Shown here: in pieces, positions 31,269 to 42,674 of the stretch
Layout: every line of letters starts with the position of its first letter
Position numbering within the stretch: position 1 is the first letter of the stretch
NCBI GenBank assembly: GCA_963825525.1
Contig: CAWGTN010000002.1
Location: forward strand, 1,664,001 to 1,728,000
Length of the DNA: 64,000 nt
Source: an uncultured Chloroflexia bacterium
GTDB lineage: Bacteria > Chloroflexota > Limnocylindria > QHBO01
Direction: 5' to 3'
Position numbers and translations under genes: made by a program
The notes under the pieces: model-generated
Told to the model about the DNA's origin: nothing
Seen by the model: only the letters and a program-made list of their open reading frames with translations
Database searches by the model: none

Positions 31269-32750
31269 ATGACGGTTCAACCCAATCCGAAGAAGATGCG
31301 ACCGTACGACGTGCCGCCCAAACGGCGCCGCACGCTGATTCCGGGCAAGCCGGATGCGGCGGCCACCGGATTCTTCGTCGTCGCCGCGCTGTGGCTGGCC
31401 GTCGCGACCGGACTCGGCGCGCTCGCCATCGGCCTCCGGCTCGTCGACTTCAGCCTTTCGATCCCGCTCGGGGTCTTCGACCTCAGCTTCACGGTCGACC
31501 AGCGACGGGTGGACTTCGCCTTCCTGAACGCCACGGTCTTCGGCTGGCTCACGAACGCGGGCTTCGCCGCCATCGCGTTCATGACCCCGCGCCTGCTGGG
31601 CCGGCGGCTGGCGATGGAGCAGGGCCTGGTGCTTGCCTTCCTCATCTGGAACTCGGCCCTGGCCGGTGGGCTGGCATCCCTGTACGTGTTCGACCTCGGG
31701 CCCAACGCGCCACTCACTGCCTTCCCGTGGCTCATCGATGGCGGACTGGCGCTGGCGGCCCTCATCGTCGCGGCGGCTGTCGTGATGACCGTGGGCACGT
31801 CGGTCCGTACCGCGTACATCAGCCTGTGGTTCGCGGTCATCGGCCTCCTGGGGCTCGCCGGCCTGATGGGGATCAACGCGCTTCTCGGGATGCTCGACTT
31901 CTTCATCGGCCTTGATGCTCTGTTCGTCGCGTTGGCATCGGCCTTCATCGACCGTGGCGTGGTGCTCATCTGGCTGCTCGCCGCCGCCTACGCCACGCTG
32001 CACTACGTCGTGCCGCGTGCCACGGCCCAGCCGCTCGCCTCGGCCGGAACAGCGATGCTCACCTTCCTCGCATGGCTCGTCCTGGCGCCGGTGGCGACCC
32101 TGGCCGTCGTGGTCGACCCCAGCATTCCGTTCTTCGTCACGAGTGCCGCGATCGTCGCCACCATCCTGCTCCTGGTGCCGGCCGCACTGGCCGTGACGAA
32201 CCTCAGCCAGACCATGCGAGGCCGATGGACGCTCGTATTCGGCGCCGGAACGGCCGCGTTCGCCATCATCGCCCTTGCCTTCCTGTTCGCCGTGTCGTTG
32301 CTCGAGGCGATCGGCTCGTTGCGGGCGGTCGATGCCTTCGTCGGACGCACCGACTGGTCACGAGGCCTCTTCCTGTGGGCAGCCTTCGGCACCTTCAGCT
32401 TCGCGGCATTTGCCATGGCCGAGCACGCCGTCCCGCGGATCATGCGACGGGCATGGGGCGGTGGATTCCTCTCCGGCGCCCAGATGTGGCTGGCGTTCGG
32501 CGGGGTGACGATCGCCGGACTGGCGCTCATGGGGGGCGGACTGGCCGAGGGATCGTTCATGGCGCAGGGGACGCCCCCCGACGAGATCGCGTCCGGGGTG
32601 CTGGTGTACCGCGCCGTCGCCTTCCTCGGGTTCGGGATGGTGGCGCTCGCCGGAGTCGCCCACATCGTCAACCTGTTCCTGATGTACACGAGCGGACGGC
32701 GAGCGGACTACGCGGTGCCTGAGCAGGCCGCTGCGGCGGCGGGGCACTGA
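31269..32750 (+). CDS. cbb3-type oxidase subunit I (CcoN)-like polytopic membrane protein lacking His ligands
   Basis: About 12 TM helices; CcoN-like anchors NATVFGW, PRLLGRRL, YISLWF, YVVPR, TDW, PRIMRR. Confidence 0.7.
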   Translation: MTVQPNPKKMRPYDVPPKRRRTLIPGKPDAAATGFFVVAALWLAVATGLGALAIGLRLVDFSLSIPLGVFDLSFTVDQRRVDFAFLNATVFGWLTNAGFAAIAFMTPRLLGRRLAMEQGLVLAFLIWNSALAGGLASLYVFDLGPNAPLTAFPWLIDGGLALAALIVAAAVVMTVGTSVRTAYISLWFAVIGLLGLAGLMGINALLGMLDFFIGLDALFVALASAFIDRGVVLIWLLAAAYATLHYVVPRATAQPLASAGTAMLTFLAWLVLAPVATLAVVVDPSIPFFVTSAAIVATILLLVPAALAVTNLSQTMRGRWTLVFGAGTAAFAIIALAFLFAVSLLEAIGSLRAVDAFVGRTDWSRGLFLWAAFGTFSFAAFAMAEHAVPRIMRRAWGGGFLSGAQMWLAFGGVTIAGLALMGGGLAEGSFMAQGTPPDEIASGVLVYRAVAFLGFGMVALAGVAHIVNLFLMYTSGRRADYAVPEQAAAAAGH

Positions 32751-32754
32751 GACC

Positions 32755-33231
32755 ATGACGATCCACACGCCGATCGAATCGCGTTCCGGTGGCATCCCGG
32801 CCTGGGCGGTGGGGCTCACCGTGTTCGTCCTGCTGGTGGGAGGCGTGTACTTCGCCTCGAACCTGGCGGGCGAGAATCCGCCGTTCGCCATCCCGGGAGC
32901 CAGCGCACCCGCACCGTCGGGTGGCGCCCCCGACCCGGCGGTGGGCCAGGCACTGACCGAGCAGGCCGCGCCGACCTGCGCAACCTGCCACGGCGCCGAT
33001 CTCAATGGGCAGGCCAACTTCCCCAGTCTGCTCGGCGTGAACGACGGTCCGGTCAGCGAGAACCTGCAGGAGCTGGCAGCGGCGAACCCCGATACCTGGA
33101 TCGCCCTGTGGATCGACGGGACGAGACCCGAGACCGAGGGCATCGTGCGCGGCGGAATGCCGGCCTTCGGCGAACAGTTCAGCCCCCAGCAGATCGACGC
33201 CATCGTCGCCTACCTCCAGACGCTGCCGTAG
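32755..33231 (+). CDS. Membrane-anchored monoheme cytochrome c
   Basis: N-terminal TM helix, CATCHG, FPSL, GGMPAF axial Met, QIDAIVAYL. Confidence 0.9.
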   Translation: MTIHTPIESRSGGIPAWAVGLTVFVLLVGGVYFASNLAGENPPFAIPGASAPAPSGGAPDPAVGQALTEQAAPTCATCHGADLNGQANFPSLLGVNDGPVSENLQELAAANPDTWIALWIDGTRPETEGIVRGGMPAFGEQFSPQQIDAIVAYLQTLP

Positions 33232-33234
33232 TCG

Positions 33235-34146
33235 GTGGTCGATCCGGCCGCGCGCGTTGAGCGCGGCGTTCCCGTTCTCATCGGCGCCGATGAGATGGCC
33301 CGCATCGACGAGGCCGCTCAGCGCCTCGGCCTGACCGAGGACGCCCTGATGGAGTCGGCTGGCGCGGCGGTTGCCGAGGTTGCCCAGGCGGAGCTCGGTC
33401 GCCTCGCGGAACGGGTGCGCGGTCCCGGCGGACCGCTGGTGAGACCGCCGCTGGTCGTCGTCCTGTGCGGGCCGGGAAACAACGGTGGTGACGGCTTCGT
33501 GGTCGCCCGCCGCCTCGCTGCCACCGGTCGCTCGGTGCTCGCCATCCTGTGCGCCGATGCCTCCAAGCTCTCCGGCCACGCGGCCGGCCACAACTGGAAC
33601 GTCCTCCAGGCCATGGCCGCGGCCGGGTCGCTCGAGCTCTTCGTGGCGCCAACGCCCGAGCTGCTGCTCCGGCTGCGTGAGCGGATTGCCGATGCCACGC
33701 TGCTCGTGGACGCGCTGCTCGGCTCCGGTGCCGCCGGTCCGCTGCGTGAGCCGATCTCGACGGCCGTCGACCTCGTCAACGCGTCGCGCAGCCACGCGCA
33801 TGCGGCCGGTCGACCGTTCGCCGTCCTGGCCGTGGACACCCCGACGCGCGTGGATCTCACCGGTGGGGCGCGCTCCACGCCGGTGGTGACAGCCGATGTC
33901 ACCGTGACCTTCCATCGGGCCAAGGCGGGCTTCGCCCTCGATCGCGACGCGCGACAGTTGGCCGGTCGCTACCTGGTCGCGCCGATCGGCATCCCGCTCG
34001 AGGCGGAGGAGGACATCATCCCGCCCGACGGCGAGTACCCGCCCGGACGCATCACCGAGGTCAACTGGCAGGAGCCGGTCGAGCGCGCCGACGCGGCCCA
34101 CCGAGCTGGCGGAGGGATCGCCGCCGGACCCGGACGCACTGACTGA
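33235..34146 (+). CDS. nnrE: NAD(P)H-hydrate epimerase (YjeF N-domain only)
   Basis: LMESAG, CGPGNNGGDG, VDALLGSG, AVDTP, ADVTVTF. Confidence 0.9.
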   Translation: MVDPAARVERGVPVLIGADEMARIDEAAQRLGLTEDALMESAGAAVAEVAQAELGRLAERVRGPGGPLVRPPLVVVLCGPGNNGGDGFVVARRLAATGRSVLAILCADASKLSGHAAGHNWNVLQAMAAAGSLELFVAPTPELLLRLRERIADATLLVDALLGSGAAGPLREPISTAVDLVNASRSHAHAAGRPFAVLAVDTPTRVDLTGGARSTPVVTADVTVTFHRAKAGFALDRDARQLAGRYLVAPIGIPLEAEEDIIPPDGEYPPGRITEVNWQEPVERADAAHRAGGGIAAGPGRTD

Positions 34147-34156
34147 GGTCAGCGGA

Positions 34157-34747
34157 TCAGCTGGCTCCGCGTCGATGCAGCGCGACGCCCGACGCGCACA
34201 GGTCACACGCATCGGCGTCGAATGACGGGATCTCGATCCGGCCCAGTGCGTGCACGGGGATCCCGACGTCGGCCGAACCGGCGGATCGGTCAGCGATGAC
34301 GGCCGCGGCCACCGGTTCTATGCCGGCGGCGCGCACCGCCTCGATCGTCTCGACCAGGGATGCACCGGTTGTCAGGATGTCGTCGACGATGACTACTCGC
34401 TCGTCCGCTGCGATGGGCCAGCCACGGCGCAGCTCACGAGCCGCATCACCCGCGGGCTCCGCAAACGCGGCGCGCACCGTCCCGCCCAATTGGCGCGCCG
34501 TCTCGAACGATAGGAGCACGCCGCCGGTCGTGGGACCGACGACAAGCGTCGGCGCGTGCGGTGCCAGCGCCTCGGCCATGCGACGGCAGAGCTCGACCCC
34601 GTAGCGCGGATGCTGCAGGACCAGGAACTTCTCGAGGTAGCGCGCGGCGTGGCGTCCGGACTTGAGGAGGAAGTGGCCCTCGAGCAATGCACCGGCATCG
34701 GCGAACAGCTCCTCGACCGACGCGGCGCGCAGGTCGGTGACGGTCAC
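34157..34747 (-). CDS. pyrE: Orotate phosphoribosyltransferase
   Basis: GALLEGHFLLKSGRH, GPTTGG, VVIVDDILTTGAS. Confidence 0.93.
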   Translation of the reverse strand: MTVTDLRAASVEELFADAGALLEGHFLLKSGRHAARYLEKFLVLQHPRYGVELCRRMAEALAPHAPTLVVGPTTGGVLLSFETARQLGGTVRAAFAEPAGDAARELRRGWPIAADERVVIVDDILTTGASLVETIEAVRAAGIEPVAAAVIADRSAGSADVGIPVHALGRIEIPSFDADACDLCASGVALHRRGAS

Positions 34748-35571
34748 TCGTAGACGGCCGAGAAGTCCACGGCCGGATAGCGCTCCGCCAATGCCTCGGT
34801 CACCCAGTGCAGGACGTCGGCTGGGTCATAGAAGGCGGCGATCGTCTTCGCCTCGGTCACGAACAGTCCGGGCCGCCGTGCCTCTGCCCCGGCCACCACG
34901 TCCTGCGGCCGATCAGAGAGATCCAGGCTCGTCTCGAACCGGCCGTCGGCGCGGAGGATGAGCATGTCCTCCTCCTCGTCGAGCAGCGGCAGATCACCGG
35001 TGCGGCGCAGGACCTCCTCCGCGTTCGAGGTGAACTCGCGCAGCAGCTGTGCCTGGGCCGTTCCGAGCTGGGCCCGATACGCATCGGCGAGCTGCCACAG
35101 CCGCTGGGCAGCCAGTGTTTCCTGCTGCGGCGGAGGAAGCTCGGACTGCCAGTCATCGGGGGTGGCGCCTTCGACGAGCTCTTCTTCCTTCGCCAGCTCA
35201 TCGGCCGAGACGAGGTGGCCGGGGGCATCGCGCGCCGCCTCGATCAGCCACGAGAAGATGTCGGCCGGGTTGTAGAGCTCGATCAGCTCGCTGATCGTGT
35301 CGACGATCTGCTCTTCGTCGTACCACTCGCTGTCCGCCGGGTCCTGGTAGGTGAGGCGGGTCGTCCACGTCTCGTCGATGGGGTGGTAGAGCAGGTAGTC
35401 CTGCTCGTTGTCGACCAGCTTGATCGGACCGATCTCGCGCAGCCGATCCTTGTTCTGATCCAGGAATCGGCGGATCTGCTCGGTCGCCTCGTACAGGAAG
35501 TCGCGACGCTCGAGCTCGGCCTCGGCCGCGAGCTCGCGGAGGGCAACCAGGCGCGGAGAAGGCGCGCTCAC
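34744..35571 (-). CDS. Hypothetical acidic protein with an internal domain duplication
   Basis: Good codon usage, 4-nt overlaps with both neighbours; ELYNPADIFSWLIEA / AFYDPADVLHWVTEA repeat. Confidence 0.75.
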   Translation of the reverse strand: MSAPSPRLVALRELAAEAELERRDFLYEATEQIRRFLDQNKDRLREIGPIKLVDNEQDYLLYHPIDETWTTRLTYQDPADSEWYDEEQIVDTISELIELYNPADIFSWLIEAARDAPGHLVSADELAKEEELVEGATPDDWQSELPPPQQETLAAQRLWQLADAYRAQLGTAQAQLLREFTSNAEEVLRRTGDLPLLDEEEDMLILRADGRFETSLDLSDRPQDVVAGAEARRPGLFVTEAKTIAAFYDPADVLHWVTEALAERYPAVDFSAVYE

Positions 35572-35894
35572 GGCTTGTACACGAAGTCCGGGCCCATCCG
35601 TTCTCGCAGGAAGATCGTGTGCTTCGAGTCGAAGACCGATTCCGCCACCCGGTGCCCGAAGCCGCGCATCGACGGATCGGCGTAGAGCTGGTCAAGCACC
35701 GCGTAGTTCGGCAGGTCCAGGATCAGGACGTTGTTCCAGGTGGATCCCTCGGTCACGTTGAACCAGCCGACGAACCGGACACCGTACTTCTCCTCGGTCT
35801 GCCGGGCTGTCCTCGGGAAGATGTGGCGCATCCCGCGCTTGAAGATCGTGTCGCGGCCCTTGCGGACGTTGAAGAAGGTGACCATCAGCGGCAT
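35568..35894 (-). CDS. Hypothetical protein, possible NIPSNAP-like dimeric alpha/beta barrel
   Basis: EKYGVRFVGWF...LILDLPNYAVLDQL pattern; tight operon spacing; fold is inference. Confidence 0.65.
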   Translation of the reverse strand: MPLMVTFFNVRKGRDTIFKRGMRHIFPRTARQTEEKYGVRFVGWFNVTEGSTWNNVLILDLPNYAVLDQLYADPSMRGFGHRVAESVFDSKHTIFLRERMGPDFVYKP

Positions 35895-36221
35895 TCAGTC
35901 ATCTCCTGGTTCATCGGTTGCGTCCTTGTCGGTCGTGATGATGCTCACCGGCGGCTGGGCGACCCCGGTCTGCCGCCCTCGTCCGCGTCGCCGATCGGCG
36001 AAGAAGACGCGGAGCAGGAAGACGCTCGTCATGCTGACGAAGAAGAGCAGCACGAGGTCCGCGAACAGGAGCGTGGCGAGCAGCCATACCGGCCAGTTGA
36101 ACGTGAAGAGGCCGACCGGGATGAGGAGCAGGATGGCGGCGAACAGGATCGCCTGGGTGACGAAGCATCCGAATCCAGGTCCCTCGTTCGGGTCGAGTTC
36201 CTCGTTGTAACGGATCGACAA
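35895..36221 (-). CDS. Small two-TM membrane protein
   Basis: TTG start after GAGG; two hydrophobic segments followed by DRRRGRG. Confidence 0.65.
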   Translation of the reverse strand: MSIRYNEELDPNEGPGFGCFVTQAILFAAILLLIPVGLFTFNWPVWLLATLLFADLVLLFFVSMTSVFLLRVFFADRRRGRGRQTGVAQPPVSIITTDKDATDEPGDD

Positions 36222-36383
36222 GCCATGCCTCGTCTGTAATGAGCGGCGAGTGGCGAGCCGCATGGTCCCACATCCACGCTCGGGCTGCGCTCTGCGTGAG
36301 GTGCTGGCCGCTGTTCATGGCGAGTGTGCAAGAGACTTGCACACTTCCGCCCTTCGGCTGATACGTGGCAGCCAGGTGCCGAG

Positions 36384-37738
36384 TCAGCTTCGGTAGGTCA
36401 GCCGGCCATCCGCAACGGTCAGCCGCACGACGCCCGGGAGCTCCATCCCGACCAGTGGCGTGTTCGACGCGCCCGAGGCGAAGTCCTCGGCCTGGATCGT
36501 CCACCGAGCCGATGGATCGAAGACCACCAGGTCCGCCGCCTGCCCAACGGCGAGGCTTCGCCGTTCGCCGATGATCTCGGCCGGACGGATCGACAGCGCC
36601 GCGATGAGTCGGGGCAGGTCGAGCCGGCCGGCTTCCACGGCGGCCAGGCCGATGCCGAGCGCTGTCTCCAGGCCGATCATTCCCGGCGCCGCTTCCCCGA
36701 ACGGCACCAGCTTGCGCTCGACCGGATGCGGTGCATGGTCCGTTGCGATGGTGTCGATGGTTCCGTCCGCCAGCCCGGCGAGCAGGGCCAGGGCATCGTC
36801 GCGGGACGCCAGCGGCGGGTTGACGCGGCACATGGCGTCGTAGGAGCGTGCCGCATCGACCGGCCGAGGATCCTCCGGCTCCTCCCAGGCAAACCGTCGC
36901 GATCCCTCGACCCACGCGTCGGTGAGGGACAGGTGGTGAGGTGTCACGTCGCAGGTGACCGGCAGGCCGCGGCCGCGCGCCCGCCGAATCGCCTCGAGCG
37001 CAGCGGCCGTCGAAATGTGGGTGAGATGGAGGCGCCCCCCGGTCTCGTCGCACAGCGCGATGTCGCGCTCCACGACCGTCAGCTCGGCGCTCGGCGTCCA
37101 CCCCCGCAACCCGAGCCGAGATGCGGTCGGGCCGGCGCGCATCTCGGTGCCGTGGGCCAGCGACGCGTCCTCCGCATGCTCGATCAACGGCCGACCGACG
37201 CCACGCAGGTAGCTGAGCGCGGCCCGGGTGAGGCTCGACGATGGAACGGACGCCCCATCGTCAGAGAAGGCGACGGCGCCGGCGTCCGCCATCGCCTGGA
37301 GATCAGCGAGCGCCTCACCCTGCCGGCCGACGCTGATGGATCCGATGGCGCGGACCCGACACGAAGCCTCGCGAGCCTGCTCCAGCACCCAGCTGATGCG
37401 CGCCGGCTCGTCGAGCGGGGGATCGGTGTTCGGCATCGCGCACACGGTGGTGAATCCGCCGCGCGCCGCGGCGCGGGCGCCCGACGCAATCGTCTCGGGA
37501 CCCGGATCTCCGGGTTCACGCAGGTGCACGTGAAGGTCGCAGAAGCCTGGCGCCGCCACGAGCCCGTGAGCGTCGATGCGCTCGACAAGCTCCCCGGCTC
37601 GGTCGGCATCGGCAAGGTGCCCATCGAGCACGGCGAGATCGCGGACAACGTCCGTTCCGTCATTCGGATCAATGACCCGCACCCCGGTCAGGACGAAGGA
37701 GACGGGTGGGTCGGTCAGTCGGCCGAATCGGCCAGGCG

Positions 37739-37742
<4 letters not shown>
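36384..37742 (-). CDS. pyrC: Dihydroorotase
   Basis: PGFCDLHVHLREPG, CAMPNT, FSDDG, HLTHIS, DVTPHH, VNPPL, ATDHAPH. Confidence 0.95.
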
Positions 37743-39258
<1,516 letters not shown>

Positions 39259-39281
39259 TCGACGCGAAGTATAGCCGCGCG

Positions 39282-41017
39282 TTACGGGCCGCTGGTCCCG
39301 GAGCCGCTCGCGAACACCGCCGGTCCGTACCATCCGGCGGAGGGCGGATTCAGCGGCCGGACCTCGTCGGCGACGTCGCCGGTGTTGCGCGTCACGAGCA
39401 GGAGCCGCGCCGATGGCGGATCGAGCACGCCTGCCCGAGAGCTGGCCGCCGTGATGAGCAGATGACGCCCGGTCGGGAGCGATCTTGACGTCGACCGCGC
39501 GCTCGCCTTCGGCCATGTCGGCATCGTCGATGGCATGGCGTTCGGGTCAGGCCGCGAGGATCGCTCGCGTGCCCGAAGTAGACGTTTGCCGCATCCGGGT
39601 AGACATCCTCCGCCGGTCCCTGCGATGTCCCCAGCCAATCGACATTCCATACCGCCAGCGCATCCCCATCCGCTCCCCAGGCGATGGCCGCCGATGCGAA
39701 TGCGCTGCGCCCGATGCTGAGATCGCTGAACAGCTCGCGTGAGTTGGCGAACTCGTAGCCGCCGGCGCCGTCTCCCACGTTCTCGGCCAGCCACGGCGCA
39801 CCACCCTCGCTGAAGAGCCACCCGGACCCGTCGGGCTCCATGCGCCCCGACCAGAAGATGACCAGCGCGCCGTTGGGCGAGATGAGGGGCTGGAACACGT
39901 TCTCGGCCGCGGGATATGGCCCATCCGCCGGGTCGGACGGCGCGGCGCCCGAGGGACCATCGCGGGAGATGCTCGTGAGATAGCTGCGTGGCACGTCGCC
40001 GGCGGTGCTCACCCAGAGATGTGTGCTTCCGTCGTCTTCGAGCACCCAGCTGCCGGCATAGGCGTTGCCCACGTTGGTGATCGGCTCTGCCTCCTCCGCG
40101 CCGACGTTGAAGACCCAGGCGTCCGCCTCGCCGCTGCCGGCGTCCGAAACCGTGAATGCCAGGTTGTAGGCGTCCGGCGACCATGCCATGCGCTCGAGGA
40201 ACGGGCTGCCGGCCGTCGACTCGGCAAGCACCAGCGTGTCACCCACGGCGACCGGGGAGTCGATGGCGTCGAAGCCCGGCAGCGGCGTATCGGTGATGCG
40301 GGTCGCGCGGATCTCGTTGAGGCCGCTCTGGCCCAGCTCGGTGATGTAGGCGAGCCACTGACCGTCGGGCGACAGCTCGGCGGCGATGGGCGGTCCGGCC
40401 GGGGTAGCAACTTCCGCGAACGTGTCGCCGCTGTCCCCGTCGCGCACCGTCAGTGCCTGGTTGTCGACCGGGCCGGTCAGCGCCAGAAACGCATCGGGTT
40501 CCGGCGACGACGCAATCGGCGAGGCCGACGGGACGGGCACGTTCGAGATCGTCGGGGAGGCGAGTGCGCTCCCGCTCGGTTCGGGCGTGGCGCTGATCGA
40601 CGGGTCGGCGCTGCCGGACGGGCCGATGACCTCGGTTGGGGTCGGCGTGTTGCGCCCGATATCCGGGCCGGCCGCCGAGCCGTTGATGATGACGATGGCC
40701 AGGAGGGCGCCGGCGACCGCGGCCAGGCCGCCACCGACCCCGGCGAAGATCACCGCGGGCCGCCGCCACCATGGCAATCCCGCCAGGCGTCCGGTCTCGA
40801 TTCCGGTGCGGACCCGGGCGTCGAGGTCCCGGGGCGGGGCAACGTGTCGGAGGCCGGCGATGATCCTGCGCTGATCGGTGAACGCGGCCAGGGTGGCTCG
40901 ACAGGCGGCACAGCCGGCCAGGTGCGCATCCAGTCGCTGGCGTTCCGCGTCGCTCAGGTCGTCGCTCAGCGACGCGCTGATGAGCTCCTCGAACGACTCG
41001 TGGCGGTTCATGGTCAT
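39282..41017 (-). CDS. Zinc-binding (ZAS) anti-sigma factor with TM helix and extracytoplasmic beta-propeller-like domain (two +1 frameshifts near 39540 and 39475)
   Basis: HLAGCAACR HxxxCxxC, TM helix, Pro/Ser/Thr linker, SPDG/WSPD/SPNG repeats; C-terminus recovered over three frames. Confidence 0.82.
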
Positions 41018-41619
41018 CGGACGAATCCCTCGGCCGCCAGGGCGCGGCGCATCTCGCCGCGAGCACGGCACAGGAGCGTCCGAACCGCCGCGTAGGAGAG
41101 GTCCATCACCTCGCCGATCTGGTGTGCGCTCATGTCGTCGAGGTCGCTGAGCAGCAGGCACTGACGATGGTTCGGACGAAGCTGCATGAGCGCGCGCTGC
41201 ACCCGCTCGTCGAGCGTGGCCGCCATGACCTGCGCCTCCGGCCCGGGGCCCTGATCGGCTCGATTGGCGTAGACGTCGGCGTCGTCGCCCATGGGCGAGA
41301 CCATCCGGCGCCGGCGCATGTCGTCGATGGCCGTGTTCGTGGCGATCCGATACAGCCACGAACGGGTCGCGGCCGAGTCGGTGATGGTGTCGAGCTTTCG
41401 ATAGGCCTTGATGAACGTGTCCTGGGTGATGTCGGCGGCCCGGTCGGGGTCGCCGACCATGCGGAGGACGTAGTTGTGAATCGGTGAGGAGAACTCGTCG
41501 AATATGCGTGCGAACTCGGCCTCGCGGTCACTGGTGACGCGCTGGGTCACCGTGGGAGCCTCCCACGGGAGCCGGCCGTGAATCGCCACAGACTCCACCT
41601 CGTCCTCCGCAATACCCAC
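41014..41619 (-). CDS. ECF RNA polymerase sigma factor
   Basis: AADITQDTFIKAY, SWLYRIATNTAID, AAVRTLLCRAR; overlaps the anti-sigma start; exact start uncertain. Confidence 0.92.
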   Translation of the reverse strand: MGIAEDEVESVAIHGRLPWEAPTVTQRVTSDREAEFARIFDEFSSPIHNYVLRMVGDPDRAADITQDTFIKAYRKLDTITDSAATRSWLYRIATNTAIDDMRRRRMVSPMGDDADVYANRADQGPGPEAQVMAATLDERVQRALMQLRPNHRQCLLLSDLDDMSAHQIGEVMDLSYAAVRTLLCRARGEMRRALAAEGFVR

Positions 41620-41660
41620 CCCTCCTCGACCGGTCCCTGACGCACGTCCATGGCCATCTG

Positions 41661-42644
41661 TTACTGATCGAGGTGCGCGCGCAGCACCTCGGCCGCGTAT
41701 TCGGGGGCGACGGGGTTGACGGCGAGTGCCGTGGCGCGCTCGAGCCCCGCGATCACCCGGAGGCGCGGATGGATCTCCCAGTGCCAGTGGAAGGTCTGAT
41801 CCAGGCGCTCGCCCGATGGGGCCGTGTGCAGAAACAGGTTGTAGGGCGGATTCCCCAGCGCATCGAGCGCGAGCAGCGTCCGCTGCAGGGTCGCGGTGGT
41901 GGCGGCGATCGCTTCGTCGTCGAGCTCGGTGAAATCGGCGGCATGGGCGCGCGGCACGACCATCATCTCAAACGCGGATCGGCTGGCCGCGGGCGCGAAG
42001 ACGACGGCATGGTGGTCGGCGAACACGAGCCGTTCGCCGCTCTCCTCCTCCGACTCGGACAGCGCGCACCAGACGCAGCGGCGCGACTTGATCATCTGTC
42101 GCGCGCCGCCGCCGATCTCCTCGGCAACCCAATGCGGCACCTGCGGGATCGCATACAGCTCCACGTTGAGGTGCGGGCTTCGAGAGCCTGCCTGCCGTCC
42201 ATGGCTCTGGACGACCTGGATGTAGAGCGGTTCGGGGCGACCATCGGCATCCGGCTCGCGTGGTGCGGCGCCGAGCGAACGCATCGCGTCCCGGGCGGCA
42301 CGCAGAAGGGCGCCGGCCAACTGGGGTGCCGCATCGGCCATGCGCTCGTGGTGGTCGCGCGGGCCGACCAGGATCTCCCATGAACCGGTGGCGCGTTCGA
42401 CCTCGCTGATGCTGAGCTGCGCGGCCCGTTCCTTCGACGAGTCGATCCGGTGGAATGCGTCCGATCGCAGCGGCACCCGACGGACCTGGTGCGGCGCCTC
42501 ATCGTCATCGGCATCGTCGCAATGTCGGCAATGGGTTCCCTCGACCGGCTGCGCTTCAACGGCGAAGGCGTCGCGGTCGAAGGCCCGGTCGGCGACGATG
42601 GCCGACCACCAGCCGGTGACCGGGTCGCGTCGCAGCTCGAACAC
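41661..42644 (-). CDS. Galactose-1-phosphate uridylyltransferase-like protein with degenerate HxH motif
   Basis: ELRRDPVTGWW, CVWC, PPYNLFLHTAP, HWHWEIHPRL, AGLE, NPVAPE; catalytic loop reads AGSRSPHLNVE. Confidence 0.82.
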   Translation of the reverse strand: MFELRRDPVTGWWSAIVADRAFDRDAFAVEAQPVEGTHCRHCDDADDDEAPHQVRRVPLRSDAFHRIDSSKERAAQLSISEVERATGSWEILVGPRDHHERMADAAPQLAGALLRAARDAMRSLGAAPREPDADGRPEPLYIQVVQSHGRQAGSRSPHLNVELYAIPQVPHWVAEEIGGGARQMIKSRRCVWCALSESEEESGERLVFADHHAVVFAPAASRSAFEMMVVPRAHAADFTELDDEAIAATTATLQRTLLALDALGNPPYNLFLHTAPSGERLDQTFHWHWEIHPRLRVIAGLERATALAVNPVAPEYAAEVLRAHLDQ

Positions 42645-42674
42645 GGCCGCATCGTACTCGATGCGCCGCCATCC

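Noticed and set aside
31269-32750. Functional cbb3 oxidase or nitric oxide reductase
   Set aside because: The heme and copper/iron His ligands are absent; kept only as a pseudoenzyme finding.
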